Part shown: positions 1 to 12,362 of the stretch, one piece after another | Layout: every line of letters begins with the position of its first letter | How positions within the stretch are numbered: position 1 is the stretch's first letter | Assembly (NCBI RefSeq): GCF_000819885.1 | Contig: NZ_CDBO01000069.1 | Location: 73,675 to 97,674, forward strand | DNA from: Aeromonas fluvialis | GTDB taxonomy: Bacteria > Pseudomonadota > Gammaproteobacteria > Enterobacterales > Aeromonadaceae | Length of the DNA stretch: 24,000 bases | Reading direction: 5' to 3' | The notes under the pieces: generated by a model | What the model was told of the DNA's origin: nothing | What the model saw: the letters and a program-made list of their open reading frames with translations, nothing else | The model's database searches: none | Program-made: the position numbers and the translations under genes

Positions 1-1
1 T

Positions 2-517
2 TACAATCTCACCTCGGTGCGAGATCCGGACGCCATGCTGGTCAAGCATATCCTCGATAGCCTGGTGGTAAGCCCCCACTTGCACGGTGAGCGCTTCATC
101 GACGTGGGGACCGGTCCCGGCCTGCCGGGATTGCCGCTGGCGATCATCAATCCGGACAAGCAGTTCGTCCTGCTCGACAGTCTTGGCAAGCGGATCAACT
201 TCATCCGTCAGGTGATCCAGGAGCTGGGTCTGACCAATGTGACGCCGGTCAAATCCCGGGTTGAAGAGTATCAACCCGAAGTGGGGTTTGATGGTGTACT
301 GAGTCGGGCATTTGCCTCGCTGGAGGACATGCTGAGCTGGTGTCACCACCTGCCGTCAGAACAGGGTTGTTTCCTGGCGCTCAAGGGACAATATCCCGAG
401 CAGGAGCTGGCCCAGTTGCCTGCCAATATCCGTCTGGTAGCCTGTCATGAGTTGCGGGTGCCGGAGCTGGAAGGCGAACGTCATCTGCTGGAATTCAAAC
501 ATATCCAGCCCGAATAG
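2..517 (+). CDS. rsmG: 16S rRNA (guanine527-N7)-methyltransferase RsmG/GidB, 5' end cut by window edge
   Basis: The frame is open from nt 2. The translation [20 protein letters not shown]...[15 protein letters not shown] matches the conserved RsmG core, including the SAM-binding G-x-G-x-G. Stop TAG at 515-517. It lies directly upstream of parAB, as in gidAB-parAB synteny. Confidence 0.9.
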   Translation, partial: YNLTSVRDPDAMLVKHILDSLVVSPHLHGERFIDVGTGPGLPGLPLAIINPDKQFVLLDSLGKRINFIRQVIQELGLTNVTPVKSRVEEYQPEVGFDGVLSRAFASLEDMLSWCHHLPSEQGCFLALKGQYPEQELAQLPANIRLVACHELRVPELEGERHLLEFKHIQPE

Positions 518-543
518 GGTCGCAGTTTCATTTAGGGGATCGT

Positions 544-1347
544 GTGGGAAAAGTCATCGCCATAGCCAACCAGAAGGGTGGAGTGGGTAAAACCACCACC
601 TGTGTGAATCTGGCCGCCTCCCTGGCTGCCACCCGGCGCAAGGTGCTGGTGATCGATCTGGATCCGCAGGGCAATGCCACCATGGGCAGCGGTGTCGACA
701 AGTATGACGTCGAGCGCACCGCCTATGAGCTGCTGATCGAGGATGCCCCCATCAGCGAAGTGATCATCCCTGAAACTTCCGGGGGCTATCACCTGATCGC
801 CGCCAACGCCGACGTGACCGCGGCCGAAATCCGTCTGATGGAGTTCTTTGCCCGCGAGATCCGCCTGCGCAACGCGCTCGCCTCGGTGCGGGACAAATAC
901 GACTACGTCTTCATCGACTGCCCACCCTCTCTCAACATGCTGACCGTGAACGCCATGGCCGCCGCCGACTCCGTGCTGGTGCCCATGCAGTGCGAGTATT
1001 ACGCGCTGGAGGGGCTCACCGCCCTGGTCGATACCATCAGCAAGCTGGCTGCCGTGGTCAATCCGGAGCTCAAGATCGAAGGGGTGCTGCGCACCATGTT
1101 CGATCACCGCAACCGGCTGGCCAATGATGTGTCCGATCAGCTAAAACAGCACTTTGGCGACAAAGTCTACCGCACCATCATTCCTCGCAACGTGAGACTG
1201 GCGGAGGCGCCGAGTTTCGGGGCTCCGGCCATGCACTATGACAAATCATCGGTGGGCGCCAAGGCCTACTTGGCGCTGGCAGGCGAGATCCTCCGTCGCC
1301 AGGAGCAGGAGCGTCAGGCGACCATCGCAGACCGAGAGAGCATATGA
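544..1347 (+). CDS. parA: Chromosome partitioning ATPase ParA/Soj
   Basis: 267 aa with a GTG start. N-terminus MGKVIAIANQKGGVGKTTT carries the deviant Walker A (KGGVGKT) of ParA/Soj. 'FIDCPPSL' is the Walker B region. The stop overlaps the parB start (ATGA at 1344-1347). Confidence 0.93.
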   Translation: MGKVIAIANQKGGVGKTTTCVNLAASLAATRRKVLVIDLDPQGNATMGSGVDKYDVERTAYELLIEDAPISEVIIPETSGGYHLIAANADVTAAEIRLMEFFAREIRLRNALASVRDKYDYVFIDCPPSLNMLTVNAMAAADSVLVPMQCEYYALEGLTALVDTISKLAAVVNPELKIEGVLRTMFDHRNRLANDVSDQLKQHFGDKVYRTIIPRNVRLAEAPSFGAPAMHYDKSSVGAKAYLALAGEILRRQEQERQATIADRESI

Positions 1348-2252
1348 CGCTGAAAAAACGTGGACTGGGCAAGGGGCTGGATGCTCTGCTCAGTACCAGC
1401 ACGGCTGCCCGCCAGAAACAGGTGATGAGCGATCAACGTACCGAGCAGGCCATGCTTCCGACCCATCAGAGCGAGCTGCGCAAGCTGCCGGTGGAGTGGT
1501 TGCGCTCCGGCAAGTACCAGCCCCGCAAGGACATGTCCCAGGATGCCCTGGAGGAGCTGGCCAACTCCATCCGCGCCCAGGGGGTGATCCAGCCCATAGT
1601 AGTACGCCCCCTTGGTGAGCAATCCTTCGAAATCATCGCCGGTGAACGGCGCTGGCGTGCCTCCCAGCTGGCCCGTCTCGATGTGGTGCCCTGTATCGTC
1701 AAGGATGTGCCCGACGAGGCTGCGGTGGCTATCGCGCTGATTGAGAACATTCAGCGCGAAGATCTCAATGCCATCGAAGAAGCGGTCGCGCTGCAGCGAT
1801 TGCTGACCGAATTCGAACTCACCCACCAGCAGGTGGCCGAGGCGGTGGGCAAGTCCCGCACCACAGTGACCAACCTGTTGCGCCTCAACCAGCTCAACGA
1901 CGATGTGAAGCGTTTTGTCGAGCATGGCGATCTCGATATGGGTCATGCCCGTGCCTTGCTGGCCCTGAGCGGTCAGGCCCAGTCCGAACTGGCCAAGCAA
2001 GTTGCCCAGAAGGGGTTGACCGTGCGTGATACCGAGAAGCTGGTGCAAAAAACGCTCGAGCCGGCAAAAGATCGGGTCGAACCGGCCCGTGACCCGCAGA
2101 TCGACTACCTGGAGCGCCAACTGGCAGACAAAATTGGCAATCAGGTGCAACTTCAGCCTGGCAAGCGGGATAGCGGGAAGTTAGTAATAAGTTACGAGAG
2201 CTTGTCCGATTTGGACCGTATATTGGGCTATTTTGGCGTGTCGGAATCGTGA
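1344..2252 (+). CDS. parB: Chromosome partitioning protein ParB/Spo0J
   Basis: 302 aa. N-terminal MTLKKRGLGKGLDALL, ParB box 'IIAGERRWRA', HTH 'THQQVAEAVGKSRTTVTNLLRL'. Translationally coupled to parA. Confidence 0.93.
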   Translation: MTLKKRGLGKGLDALLSTSTAARQKQVMSDQRTEQAMLPTHQSELRKLPVEWLRSGKYQPRKDMSQDALEELANSIRAQGVIQPIVVRPLGEQSFEIIAGERRWRASQLARLDVVPCIVKDVPDEAAVAIALIENIQREDLNAIEEAVALQRLLTEFELTHQQVAEAVGKSRTTVTNLLRLNQLNDDVKRFVEHGDLDMGHARALLALSGQAQSELAKQVAQKGLTVRDTEKLVQKTLEPAKDRVEPARDPQIDYLERQLADKIGNQVQLQPGKRDSGKLVISYESLSDLDRILGYFGVSES

Positions 2253-2352
2253 TTTTTACGCTTTTTGTAGTAATAAAACATCCATTCCTTTTGATATGAC
2301 CATAACCCTTATTTGCCGCGGAAAGCCGCAAAAATTAAGGATTTTTGTCATA

Positions 2353-2380
2353 TTGCAATAGCTGCCATCAAGGGTATAAT
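2353..2380 (+). promoter_or_regulatory. Putative sigma70 promoter of the atp operon
   Basis: TTGCAA (2353-2358), a 16-nt spacer, then a perfect TATAAT (2375-2380). It sits in the AT-rich 190-bp parB-atpI spacer, about 60 nt upstream of the atpI start. Confidence 0.5.
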
Positions 2381-2442
2381 TTAACCGGATTTAAGAGCTG
2401 TTAACATGGGGTCTTCGGATCCCGATTTTTTACAGTTCTGTA

Positions 2443-3644
<1,202 letters not shown>

Positions 3645-3690
3645 TGCAACTCAAATAATCATTTTTATACAATCAATTACATCTAAATAA

Positions 3691-3945
<255 letters not shown>

Positions 3946-3999
3946 GTCGTTACGACTCTCCAGGCATAACCCATTAACTAACTTAAGAGGACATCGGCT

Positions 4000-4470
4000 G
4001 TGAATATCAATGCCACCCTCCTCGGCCAAGCAATTGCTTTTTTCTTCTTCGTAGTGTTTTGCATGAAGTACGTATGGCCGCCGCTGATTGCTGCCATCGA
4101 AGCTCGTCAGAAAGCCATTGCTGACGGTCTCTCTTCTGCAGAACGAGCCAAGAAAGATCTGGATTTGGCCAAGGCCAACGCCACCGATCAGCTGAAAGAA
4201 GCCAAGCAGCAGGCTGCTGAAATCATTGAACAGGCTAACAAACGTAAAGCTCAGATCATTGATGAAGCTGCCGCTGGTGCCCAGTCTGAACGGGAGAAAA
4301 TCCTGGCTCAGGGCCGTGCCGAGATCGAAGCTGAACGTCATCGTGCCAAAGAAGAACTGCGTAAGCAGGTTGCTGCTCTTGCCATTGCTGGTGCAGAGAA
4401 GATCCTGGCGCGTCAAATCGACCAGGCTGCCAACAGCGACATCGTCGACAAACTGGTAGCAGAACTGTAA
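4000..4470 (+). CDS. atpF: F0F1 ATP synthase subunit b
   Basis: 156 aa with a GTG start. It has an N-terminal TM helix followed by a long charged, Ala-rich coiled coil, which is the typical b-subunit architecture and length. Confidence 0.93.
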   Translation: MNINATLLGQAIAFFFFVVFCMKYVWPPLIAAIEARQKAIADGLSSAERAKKDLDLAKANATDQLKEAKQQAAEIIEQANKRKAQIIDEAAAGAQSEREKILAQGRAEIEAERHRAKEELRKQVAALAIAGAEKILARQIDQAANSDIVDKLVAEL

Positions 4471-4483
4471 CGGGAACGGGGCT

Positions 4484-5017
4484 ATGTCTGAACTGACTAC
4501 AATCGCTCGCCCCTACGCCAAGGCTGCTTTCGAGTTTGCCGTTGAGCACAAGGCGGTTGACCAGTGGCTGGGTATGCTCGGTTTCGCTGCGCAAGTAGCG
4601 GAAAACGAGACCATCCACAACCTGGTAAACGGCTCTGTGGCTGCCGAAGAGCTGGCAACGCTGTTTGTCGGTATCTGCGGTGAGCAACTCGACGTGCATG
4701 GCCAGAACCTGATCCGGGTGATGGCCGAGAATGGTCGCTTGGGTGTGCTGCCGGCGGTCGTTGCTGAATTTGTAGCGTTCAAGGCTGAACTGGATAAAGA
4801 AGTTCAGGCTGACGTGATTTCGGCGATCGAACTGACCGACCAGCAGAAAGCCAATATTCAGGCTTCTCTGGAACAACGTCTCGCGCGCAAAGTGAAGCTG
4901 AATTGCAGCATCGATGCGTCCTTGATGGCCGGGGTGCTCATCAAGGCCGGTGATCTGGTAATCGACGGCACAGTCCGCGGTAAGCTGGATCGCATGGCTG
5001 ACGCGCTGCAATCTTGA
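4484..5017 (+). CDS. atpH: F0F1 ATP synthase subunit delta
   Basis: 177 aa, the same length as E. coli delta. N-terminus '[14 protein letters not shown]' is the conserved OSCP/delta motif. Confidence 0.93.
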   Translation: MSELTTIARPYAKAAFEFAVEHKAVDQWLGMLGFAAQVAENETIHNLVNGSVAAEELATLFVGICGEQLDVHGQNLIRVMAENGRLGVLPAVVAEFVAFKAELDKEVQADVISAIELTDQQKANIQASLEQRLARKVKLNCSIDASLMAGVLIKAGDLVIDGTVRGKLDRMADALQS

Positions 5018-5032
5018 TTGGGGTATTAGAGC

Positions 5033-6574
5033 ATGCAACTGAATTCCACTGAAATCGCCGAGCTGATCAAGCAGCGCATTGCGCAGTTTGATGTAAAGAG
5101 CGAAGCGCGTAACGAAGGTACTATCGTCTCTGTGAGCGACGGTATCATTCGTATTCACGGCCTGGCTGATGCCATGCAGGGTGAGATGATCGAGCTGCCG
5201 GGCAACCGCTACGCTCTGGCATTGAACCTGGAGCGTGACTCCGTCGGTGCGGTGATTATGGGTTCCTATGACGGTCTGTCAGAAGGAATGAAAGTAAAAG
5301 GTACTGGCCGTATTCTGGAAGTGCCGGTAGGTCGTGGTCTGTTGGGCCGGGTGTTGAACACCCTGGGTCAGCCGATCGACGGTAAAGGTCCGATCGACAA
5401 TGACGGCTTCTCGCCGATCGAAGTGATCGCCCCGGGCGTTATCGAGCGTCAGTCTGTTGACCAGCCGGTCCAGACCGGTCTGAAAGCCATCGATGCCATG
5501 ATCCCTATCGGTCGTGGCCAGCGTGAGCTGATCATCGGTGACCGTCAGGTTGGTAAGACCGCCATCGCGATCGACACCATCATCAACCAGAAAGATTCCG
5601 GCATTAAGTGTGTCTACGTTGCGATTGGCCAAAAGGCCTCCACCATCGCCAACGTGGTGCGCAAGCTGGAAGAGCACGGCGCCCTGGCCAACACCATTGT
5701 GGTGGTTGCCTCTGCCTCTGAAGCGGCTGCCCTGCAGTACCTGGCACCTTATGCCGGTTGCTCAATGGGTGAGTACTTCCGTGACCGCGGTGAAGACGCG
5801 CTGATCATCTATGATGACCTGTCCAAACAGGCCGTAGCTTATCGCCAGATCTCCCTGTTGTTGCGCCGTCCACCAGGACGTGAAGCTTACCCGGGTGACG
5901 TTTTCTATCTGCACTCCCGTCTGCTCGAGCGTGCTGCTCGCGTCAACGAAGAGTACGTTGAGAAGTTCACCAAGGGTGAAGTGAAGGGCAAGACTGGTTC
6001 TCTGACCGCGCTGCCGATCATCGAAACCCAGGCGGGTGACGTGTCCGCGTTCGTTCCGACCAACGTAATCTCCATCACCGACGGCCAGATCTTCCTGACC
6101 ACCCAGCTGTTCAACTCCGGTATCCGTCCGGCCGTTGACCCGGGCATCTCCGTATCCCGTGTAGGTGGTGCGGCTCAGACCAAGATCATCAAGAAGCTGT
6201 CCGGTGGTATCCGTACCGCGCTGGCCCAGTATCGCGAACTGGCGGCATTCGCCCAGTTCTCTTCCGATCTGGATGAGGCGACTCGCAAGCAGCTGGATCA
6301 CGGTGTGAAAGTGACCGAGCTGATGAAGCAGAAGCAGTACTCTCCGCTGAGCGTGGCTCACCAGTCTCTGGTGTTGTTCGCCGCCGAGAAGGGCTACCTT
6401 GCTGATGTCGAGCTGAACAAGGTCGTCGATTTCGAAGGCGTTCTGCTCTCTTACGCCAATACCCAGCATGGTTCGCTGATGGCTGAAATCAATGCCAAGG
6501 CCGACTACAACGACGAGATCGTTGGTAAGCTGACTGCGTTGCTGGACGACTTCAAGGCAACTCAGACTTGGTAA
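5033..6574 (+). CDS. atpA: F0F1 ATP synthase subunit alpha
   Basis: 513 aa with Walker A 'GDRQVGKT'. The sequence is highly conserved alpha subunit throughout. Confidence 0.98.
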   Translation: MQLNSTEIAELIKQRIAQFDVKSEARNEGTIVSVSDGIIRIHGLADAMQGEMIELPGNRYALALNLERDSVGAVIMGSYDGLSEGMKVKGTGRILEVPVGRGLLGRVLNTLGQPIDGKGPIDNDGFSPIEVIAPGVIERQSVDQPVQTGLKAIDAMIPIGRGQRELIIGDRQVGKTAIAIDTIINQKDSGIKCVYVAIGQKASTIANVVRKLEEHGALANTIVVVASASEAAALQYLAPYAGCSMGEYFRDRGEDALIIYDDLSKQAVAYRQISLLLRRPPGREAYPGDVFYLHSRLLERAARVNEEYVEKFTKGEVKGKTGSLTALPIIETQAGDVSAFVPTNVISITDGQIFLTTQLFNSGIRPAVDPGISVSRVGGAAQTKIIKKLSGGIRTALAQYRELAAFAQFSSDLDEATRKQLDHGVKVTELMKQKQYSPLSVAHQSLVLFAAEKGYLADVELNKVVDFEGVLLSYANTQHGSLMAEINAKADYNDEIVGKLTALLDDFKATQTW

Positions 6575-6616
6575 GCATGTGTGGCAGCGCAAGTTGCCAC
6601 CTGATGGAGAGAAGAG

Positions 6617-7483
6617 ATGGCCGGCGCAAAAGAGATACGTAACAAGATCGGGAGTGTGAAAAGCACTCAGAAGATCACCAGCGCTATGGATATGGTGGCA
6701 GCAAGCAAGATGCGCCGTGCGCAAGAGCGCATGCGTGCCAGCCGTCCGTACGCTGAAACCATGCGCAAGGTGATCGGCCATATCGCTCAGGGGAACTTGG
6801 AATACAAGCACCCCTACCTCATCGAACGTGAGGTCAAGCGAGTGGGTTACATCGTCGTCTCCACCGACCGTGGCCTGTGTGGCGGTTTGAACATCAACCT
6901 GTTCAAGGCTGCCCTCAATGATATGAAGCAGTGGAGCGCGAAAGGAGCCCAAGTAGACACGGCTCTGGTTGGTAGCAAGGCCTCCAACTTCTTTGAACGG
7001 CACGGCGCCAAGGTGAAAGCTCAAGTCGCAGGACTGGGCGATAACCCGAGCGTCAATGACCTGATTGGTTCAGTCAAGGTCATGCTGAAGGCTTACGACA
7101 ACGGTGAGATTGACAAGCTGTATCTGGTGTACAACAAGTTCGTCAACACCATGGTGCAGCAACCACGGGTCGATCAACTGCTGCCTTTGCCCGTAACTGA
7201 AGACAGCAAGCTCGCCAAGGCACACCACTGGGATTACCTCTATGAGCCGGATCCCAAGAAGCTGCTGGATACCCTGCTGGTTCGTTATGTCGAATCTCAG
7301 GTGTACCAGGGCGTAGTGGAAAACTTGGCAAGTGAACAGGCAGCCAGAATGGTTGCCATGCAAGCCGCGACTGACAACGCCACTAACCTGATTAACGATC
7401 TGCAACTGGTATACAACAAGGCCCGTCAGGCCAGTATTACCCAGGAGCTGACAGAGATCGTATCCGGTGCTGCTGCGGTGTAA
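6617..7483 (+). CDS. atpG: F0F1 ATP synthase subunit gamma
   Basis: 288 aa. '[35 protein letters not shown]' N-terminus and '[15 protein letters not shown]' C-terminus are the conserved gamma helices. Confidence 0.97.
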   Translation: MAGAKEIRNKIGSVKSTQKITSAMDMVAASKMRRAQERMRASRPYAETMRKVIGHIAQGNLEYKHPYLIEREVKRVGYIVVSTDRGLCGGLNINLFKAALNDMKQWSAKGAQVDTALVGSKASNFFERHGAKVKAQVAGLGDNPSVNDLIGSVKVMLKAYDNGEIDKLYLVYNKFVNTMVQQPRVDQLLPLPVTEDSKLAKAHHWDYLYEPDPKKLLDTLLVRYVESQVYQGVVENLASEQAARMVAMQAATDNATNLINDLQLVYNKARQASITQELTEIVSGAAAV

Positions 7484-8905
<1,422 letters not shown>

Positions 8906-8923
8906 GCCTCGACAGGAGGGCCC

Positions 8924-9352
8924 ATGGCAGAGATGATCTCCTTTCACCTGGATGTGGTGAGCGCCGAAGGAAAACTGTTTTCCGGCCGCGTGCAAACTGC
9001 TCAGGTATCAGGCTCCGAAGGTGAGTTGGGTCTCCGCCACGGTCATGCTCCGTTGCTGACTGCCATCAAGCCGGGCCTGGTCCGCTTGGTGAAGCAGAAC
9101 GGAACTGAAGAGGTGCTGTACATCTCCGGCGGTATGCTGGAAGTACAACCTGAATCCGTGACCGTGCTGGCGGACACTGCAATTCGTGCTGACGACTTGG
9201 ATGAGGCGAAAGCCCAGGAAGCCAAGCGCGCAGCGGAAGAGCGGATCCACAGCTCCCATGGTGATATCGACTACGCCCAGGCTGCCACCGAGCTGGCCAA
9301 GGCGATGGCGCAACTGCGCGTCATCGATATCGTCAAAAAGAATTACCGCTAA
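8924..9352 (+). CDS. atpC: F0F1 ATP synthase subunit epsilon
   Basis: 142 aa. 'LDVVSAE..LFSG' N-terminal beta-sandwich and C-terminal helical hairpin. It is the last gene of the operon. Confidence 0.93.
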   Translation: MAEMISFHLDVVSAEGKLFSGRVQTAQVSGSEGELGLRHGHAPLLTAIKPGLVRLVKQNGTEEVLYISGGMLEVQPESVTVLADTAIRADDLDEAKAQEAKRAAEERIHSSHGDIDYAQAATELAKAMAQLRVIDIVKKNYR

Positions 9353-9364
9353 TAACGGTGATGT

Positions 9365-9394
9365 AAAAAGCGACCTTCGGGTCGCTTTTTTTTT
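9365..9394 (+). terminator. Rho-independent terminator of the atp operon
   Basis: GCGACC (9370-9375), TTCG loop, GGTCGC (9380-9385), followed by a 9-T run (9386-9394). It begins 13 nt after the atpC stop. Confidence 0.85.
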
Positions 9395-9445
9395 ACCCGT
9401 TAGATAGACTCCGCCGAGTATTTCTCATGTTTCAAAGGCCAATTT

Positions 9446-10807
9446 ATGTCCCTCAACGTCGTGATCCTGGCTGCGGGTAAAGGCACCCGCATGCGCTCCT
9501 CCTTGCCCAAGGTACTGCACCCGGTAGCCAATAAACCCATGGTTTCCCATGTGATCGATACCGCCCGTCAGGTGGGTGCCGAGCAACTGCATCTGGTTTA
9601 TGGCCACGGGGCCGAGCTGCTGAAAGAGCGGATCGTGGCGGCCGATGTGAACTGGGTACTGCAGGCGCAGCAACTGGGCACAGGTCACGCCGTCGCCCAG
9701 GCCATCCCGTTCTGGCAGGATGAAGACGATGTGCTGGTGCTCTACGGCGACACTCCGCTCATTCAACCGGAAACCCTGCAGCGGCTGCTGGCCGCCAAGG
9801 CAAGCGATGGCATGGCCCTGCTGACCGTGGTGCTGGACAACCCCACCGGCTATGGCCGCATCGTCCGTGAAAACGGCCATGTGGTCGGTATCGTCGAGCA
9901 GAAGGATGCCAGCGCCGAGCAGCTGACCATTCGTGAAGTGAACACCGGCGTGCTGGTGGCCAACGGTGGTCAGCTGCGCAGCTGGCTCTCCCGTCTGGAT
10001 AACAAGAACGCCCAAGGTGAGTTCTACCTGACCGACGTCATCGCCATGGCGCACGCCGATGGCTGCCCGATAGCAGCGGTCCATCCGGAGCGTGCCGCCG
10101 AGGTGGAAGGGGCCAACAACCGGGTGCAGCTGGCTGCCCTTGAGCGCAGCTACCAGCAGATGCAGGCCGAGAAGCTGATGATCGCCGGTGCTACCCTGAT
10201 CGACCCGGCCCGCTTCGATCTGCGTGGCACCCTTGAAATCGGTGAAGAGGTGGTGATCGACGTCAACGTCATCATCGAAGGCAAGGTAACTCTCGGCAAC
10301 CACGTTCGTATCGGTGCCGGTGCCGTGCTGAAGGATTGCGTGATCGGCGATCACACTGAAGTGAAGCCCTACTCCATCGTTGAAGGGGCTCAGGTGGCGG
10401 ATCAGTGCTCGGTCGGCCCGTTTGCCCGTCTACGCCCGGGTGCTGTGCTGGAGCAGGATGCCCACGTCGGCAACTTCGTCGAGATGAAGAAGGCCCGGCT
10501 GGGGGTTGGCTCCAAGTGTGGTCACCTCACCTATCTGGGGGATGCCGAGGTGGGTGCCAAGGTGAATATCGGTGCCGGTACCATCACCTGCAACTACGAC
10601 GGCGTGAACAAGTTCCAGACCATCATCGAGGACGACGTCTTCGTCGGCTCCGATACCCAGCTGGTGGCGCCGGTGCGGATCGGCAAGGGGGCCACCCTGG
10701 GGGCGGGTTCCACCATCACCAAGGATGTAGCCGAGAATGAGCTGGTGATCACCCGGGTGCCCCAGCGCCATATCCAGAACTGGGCTCGCCCGGTCAAGAA
10801 GAAGTGA
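9446..10807 (+). CDS. glmU: Bifunctional UDP-N-acetylglucosamine pyrophosphorylase / glucosamine-1-phosphate N-acetyltransferase
   Basis: 453 aa. '[14 protein letters not shown]' nucleotidyltransferase motif, C-terminal left-handed beta-helix hexapeptide repeats, and conserved position after atpC. Confidence 0.96.
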   Translation: MSLNVVILAAGKGTRMRSSLPKVLHPVANKPMVSHVIDTARQVGAEQLHLVYGHGAELLKERIVAADVNWVLQAQQLGTGHAVAQAIPFWQDEDDVLVLYGDTPLIQPETLQRLLAAKASDGMALLTVVLDNPTGYGRIVRENGHVVGIVEQKDASAEQLTIREVNTGVLVANGGQLRSWLSRLDNKNAQGEFYLTDVIAMAHADGCPIAAVHPERAAEVEGANNRVQLAALERSYQQMQAEKLMIAGATLIDPARFDLRGTLEIGEEVVIDVNVIIEGKVTLGNHVRIGAGAVLKDCVIGDHTEVKPYSIVEGAQVADQCSVGPFARLRPGAVLEQDAHVGNFVEMKKARLGVGSKCGHLTYLGDAEVGAKVNIGAGTITCNYDGVNKFQTIIEDDVFVGSDTQLVAPVRIGKGATLGAGSTITKDVAENELVITRVPQRHIQNWARPVKKK

Positions 10808-10826
10808 TGCCCGATCAATAAAATAG

Positions 10827-10855
10827 AACCGGCGCCTGATGGCGCCGGTTTTTTT
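10827..10855. terminator. Bidirectional intrinsic terminator between convergent glmU and creD
   Basis: Perfect 10-bp stem AACCGGCGCC / GGCGCCGGTT with a TGAT loop. Seven T's follow on the plus strand and a T-rich tail follows on the minus strand. Confidence 0.8.
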
Positions 10856-10864
10856 GCTTTTGGC

Positions 10865-12241
10865 TTATAGCTGATGGTTGGTGTCACTGCTCGATGACTG
10901 GGGGGTGGTCCATGTAGTGGCAGGTGCGCGGTACTCCATCACCTGATACCAGTCGAGCTTGCGGGTCAGCAGCATGATCAGCGCCAGGGTGGCGAACAGC
11001 AGCAGGGCGCCGAGCAGCAAGGCGATCTCTTCGGCCTGCAGCAGACTGTAGAGGATGGCATAGACCAGCCCGAGCAGGGCCGCAAAGCCAAGTCCTTGCT
11101 TCGGGCCGCCCAGCACATGGCTGAGATAGAAGCCGTTGAGTAGCACGCTGGCCAGCGCGGCCACCAGATAGGCCCAACCAAAGCCGAGGTGCTCGGTCAG
11201 TGCCAGCAGCACCAGATAGAAGATGGCCAGCCCCATGCCCACCAGCGCGTACTGGATCGGGTGGACCCGCAGCCTCTTGAGCAGCTCGAACATGAAGAAG
11301 CTGATAAAGGTGAGGCCGATAAACAGCAGGGCATATTTGGCCGCCCGCTCGTTGAGCTGATAGTGATCCACCGGCTGCACCAGACTGACGCTGAAGGTGG
11401 AAAGATTGCTATCGCCCCCGTTCATCATCCGGTTGAAGCGGGTCTCCATGTCGCTGGCGAACCAGCTGGTTTGCCAGTTGGCCTCAAACCCTTGTTGGCT
11501 CAGGGTGCGACTGCCTGGCAGAAAGTCGCCGATAAAGTTGGGATGTGGCCAGTTGCCCGCCAGCAGCAGAGTGCTCTCCTTGCCCAGCGGCACTATGTCG
11601 AGGGCGTTCATCCCTTGCAGATTGAGCTCCAGATGAAAGGTGCCATCCTGTTGGGGCAGGCTGTCGAGCGGGGCATGGATACCCGCCAGCGCGTCACCGA
11701 GACGGGCGCCGGGGGCAAACGGGATCCGCTGTGTACCGAGTTGCAGCTCGGGGACGCTGTTGATACCGCGGGCATCGGAGAGCACCAGACTGAGGTAGGG
11801 TTTACCCGCCACCAGCTCGGCCGTTTCACCAAGCGGTGAGGTCGCGTTATTCAGCAGACTCTGTCGGGTGGGAAGGTGGCCCGAGAGGGTGAGCCGGGTC
11901 TGATAGACCTGCGCCTGATAGATGCCCAGCTTGCGTGGGGTGACCTCCATGTTGGCCTTGATATCCAGCTGCTCCGGCAGCAGGTAGCGGTAGATCTGCT
12001 CCTGACGGACGAAGCGTTTGCCCTCCTGCTCGACCGTCACCGAGCGGGTATAGGGCTGCACTATGATCGGCCCCATCAGCCGTTGCGGGCCGCTGCTGCT
12101 GGCCATGATGCTGTGAATGGCCTGACTGCGGTAAGCCTGACGCTCCCGGTTGAGCTCCATGATGGATTGCACCGGCACCATCAACAGCAGGCTGAGCAAC
12201 AGCAGTAGAAAGATCTTGTGGGTGAATATCTGTTTGACCAT
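10865..12241 (-). CDS. creD: Cell envelope integrity inner-membrane protein CreD (BlrD in Aeromonas nomenclature)
   Basis: 458 aa. Conserved CreD blocks include 'SSGPQRLMGPI', 'NWPHPNFIGDFLP' and 'YQLNERAAKYALLFIGLTF', followed by the C-terminal multi-TM region. SD AAGGAG lies upstream of ATG 12241. Confidence 0.9.
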   Translation of the reverse strand: MVKQIFTHKIFLLLLLSLLLMVPVQSIMELNRERQAYRSQAIHSIMASSSGPQRLMGPIIVQPYTRSVTVEQEGKRFVRQEQIYRYLLPEQLDIKANMEVTPRKLGIYQAQVYQTRLTLSGHLPTRQSLLNNATSPLGETAELVAGKPYLSLVLSDARGINSVPELQLGTQRIPFAPGARLGDALAGIHAPLDSLPQQDGTFHLELNLQGMNALDIVPLGKESTLLLAGNWPHPNFIGDFLPGSRTLSQQGFEANWQTSWFASDMETRFNRMMNGGDSNLSTFSVSLVQPVDHYQLNERAAKYALLFIGLTFISFFMFELLKRLRVHPIQYALVGMGLAIFYLVLLALTEHLGFGWAYLVAALASVLLNGFYLSHVLGGPKQGLGFAALLGLVYAILYSLLQAEEIALLLGALLLFATLALIMLLTRKLDWYQVMEYRAPATTWTTPQSSSSDTNHQL

Positions 12242-12283
12242 GACACGTCTCCTTGTTGGATGGAGCGAGTCTGTCAGCCTCAG

Positions 12284-12320
12284 GTGAAGGGGGGACGGGC
12301 TTGTGTGAAGTGGCGGTGAA
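12284..12320 (-). promoter_or_regulatory. CreB/BlrA-binding cre/blr tag (TTCAC-N6-TTCAC) plus a third TTCAC half-site upstream of creD
   Basis: The minus strand reads TTCACcgccacTTCAC (plus-strand GTGAA at 12305-12309 and 12316-12320). This is a perfect match to the published cre tag. A further TTCAC (12284-12288) lies 21 bp downstream. All three sit 43-79 nt upstream of the creD ATG and downstream of the bla terminator. Confidence 0.7.
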
Positions 12321-12327
12321 GGGGGAT

Positions 12328-12353
12328 AAAAAAAACCGGCATTACGCCGGTTT
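12328..12353 (-). terminator. Rho-independent terminator of the beta-lactamase gene
   Basis: The minus-strand RNA would fold as AAACCGGC-GUAAU-GCCGGUUU followed by further U's (plus-strand A-run 12328-12335). It starts about 10 nt after the bla stop. Confidence 0.75.
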
Positions 12354-12362
12354 CTGGAGGAA

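Noticed and set aside
2296-2361. A 21-codon mini-ORF (MTITLICRGKPQKLRIFVILQ) in the parB-atpI spacer.
   Set aside because: It has no Shine-Dalgarno and overlaps the predicted atp promoter -35 element. It has no recognisable features and is most likely a chance ORF in AT-rich DNA.
1-2442. oriC, DnaA-box clusters or parS sites, given the origin-proximal rsmG-parAB context.
   Set aside because: I found no TTATCCACA-type box cluster and no TGTTTCACGTGAAACA-like parS. The only CACGTG cores seen (about 17176 and about 18807) have non-matching flanks. oriC is expected upstream of mnmG/rsmG, outside this window. A full pattern search would be needed for a definitive answer.
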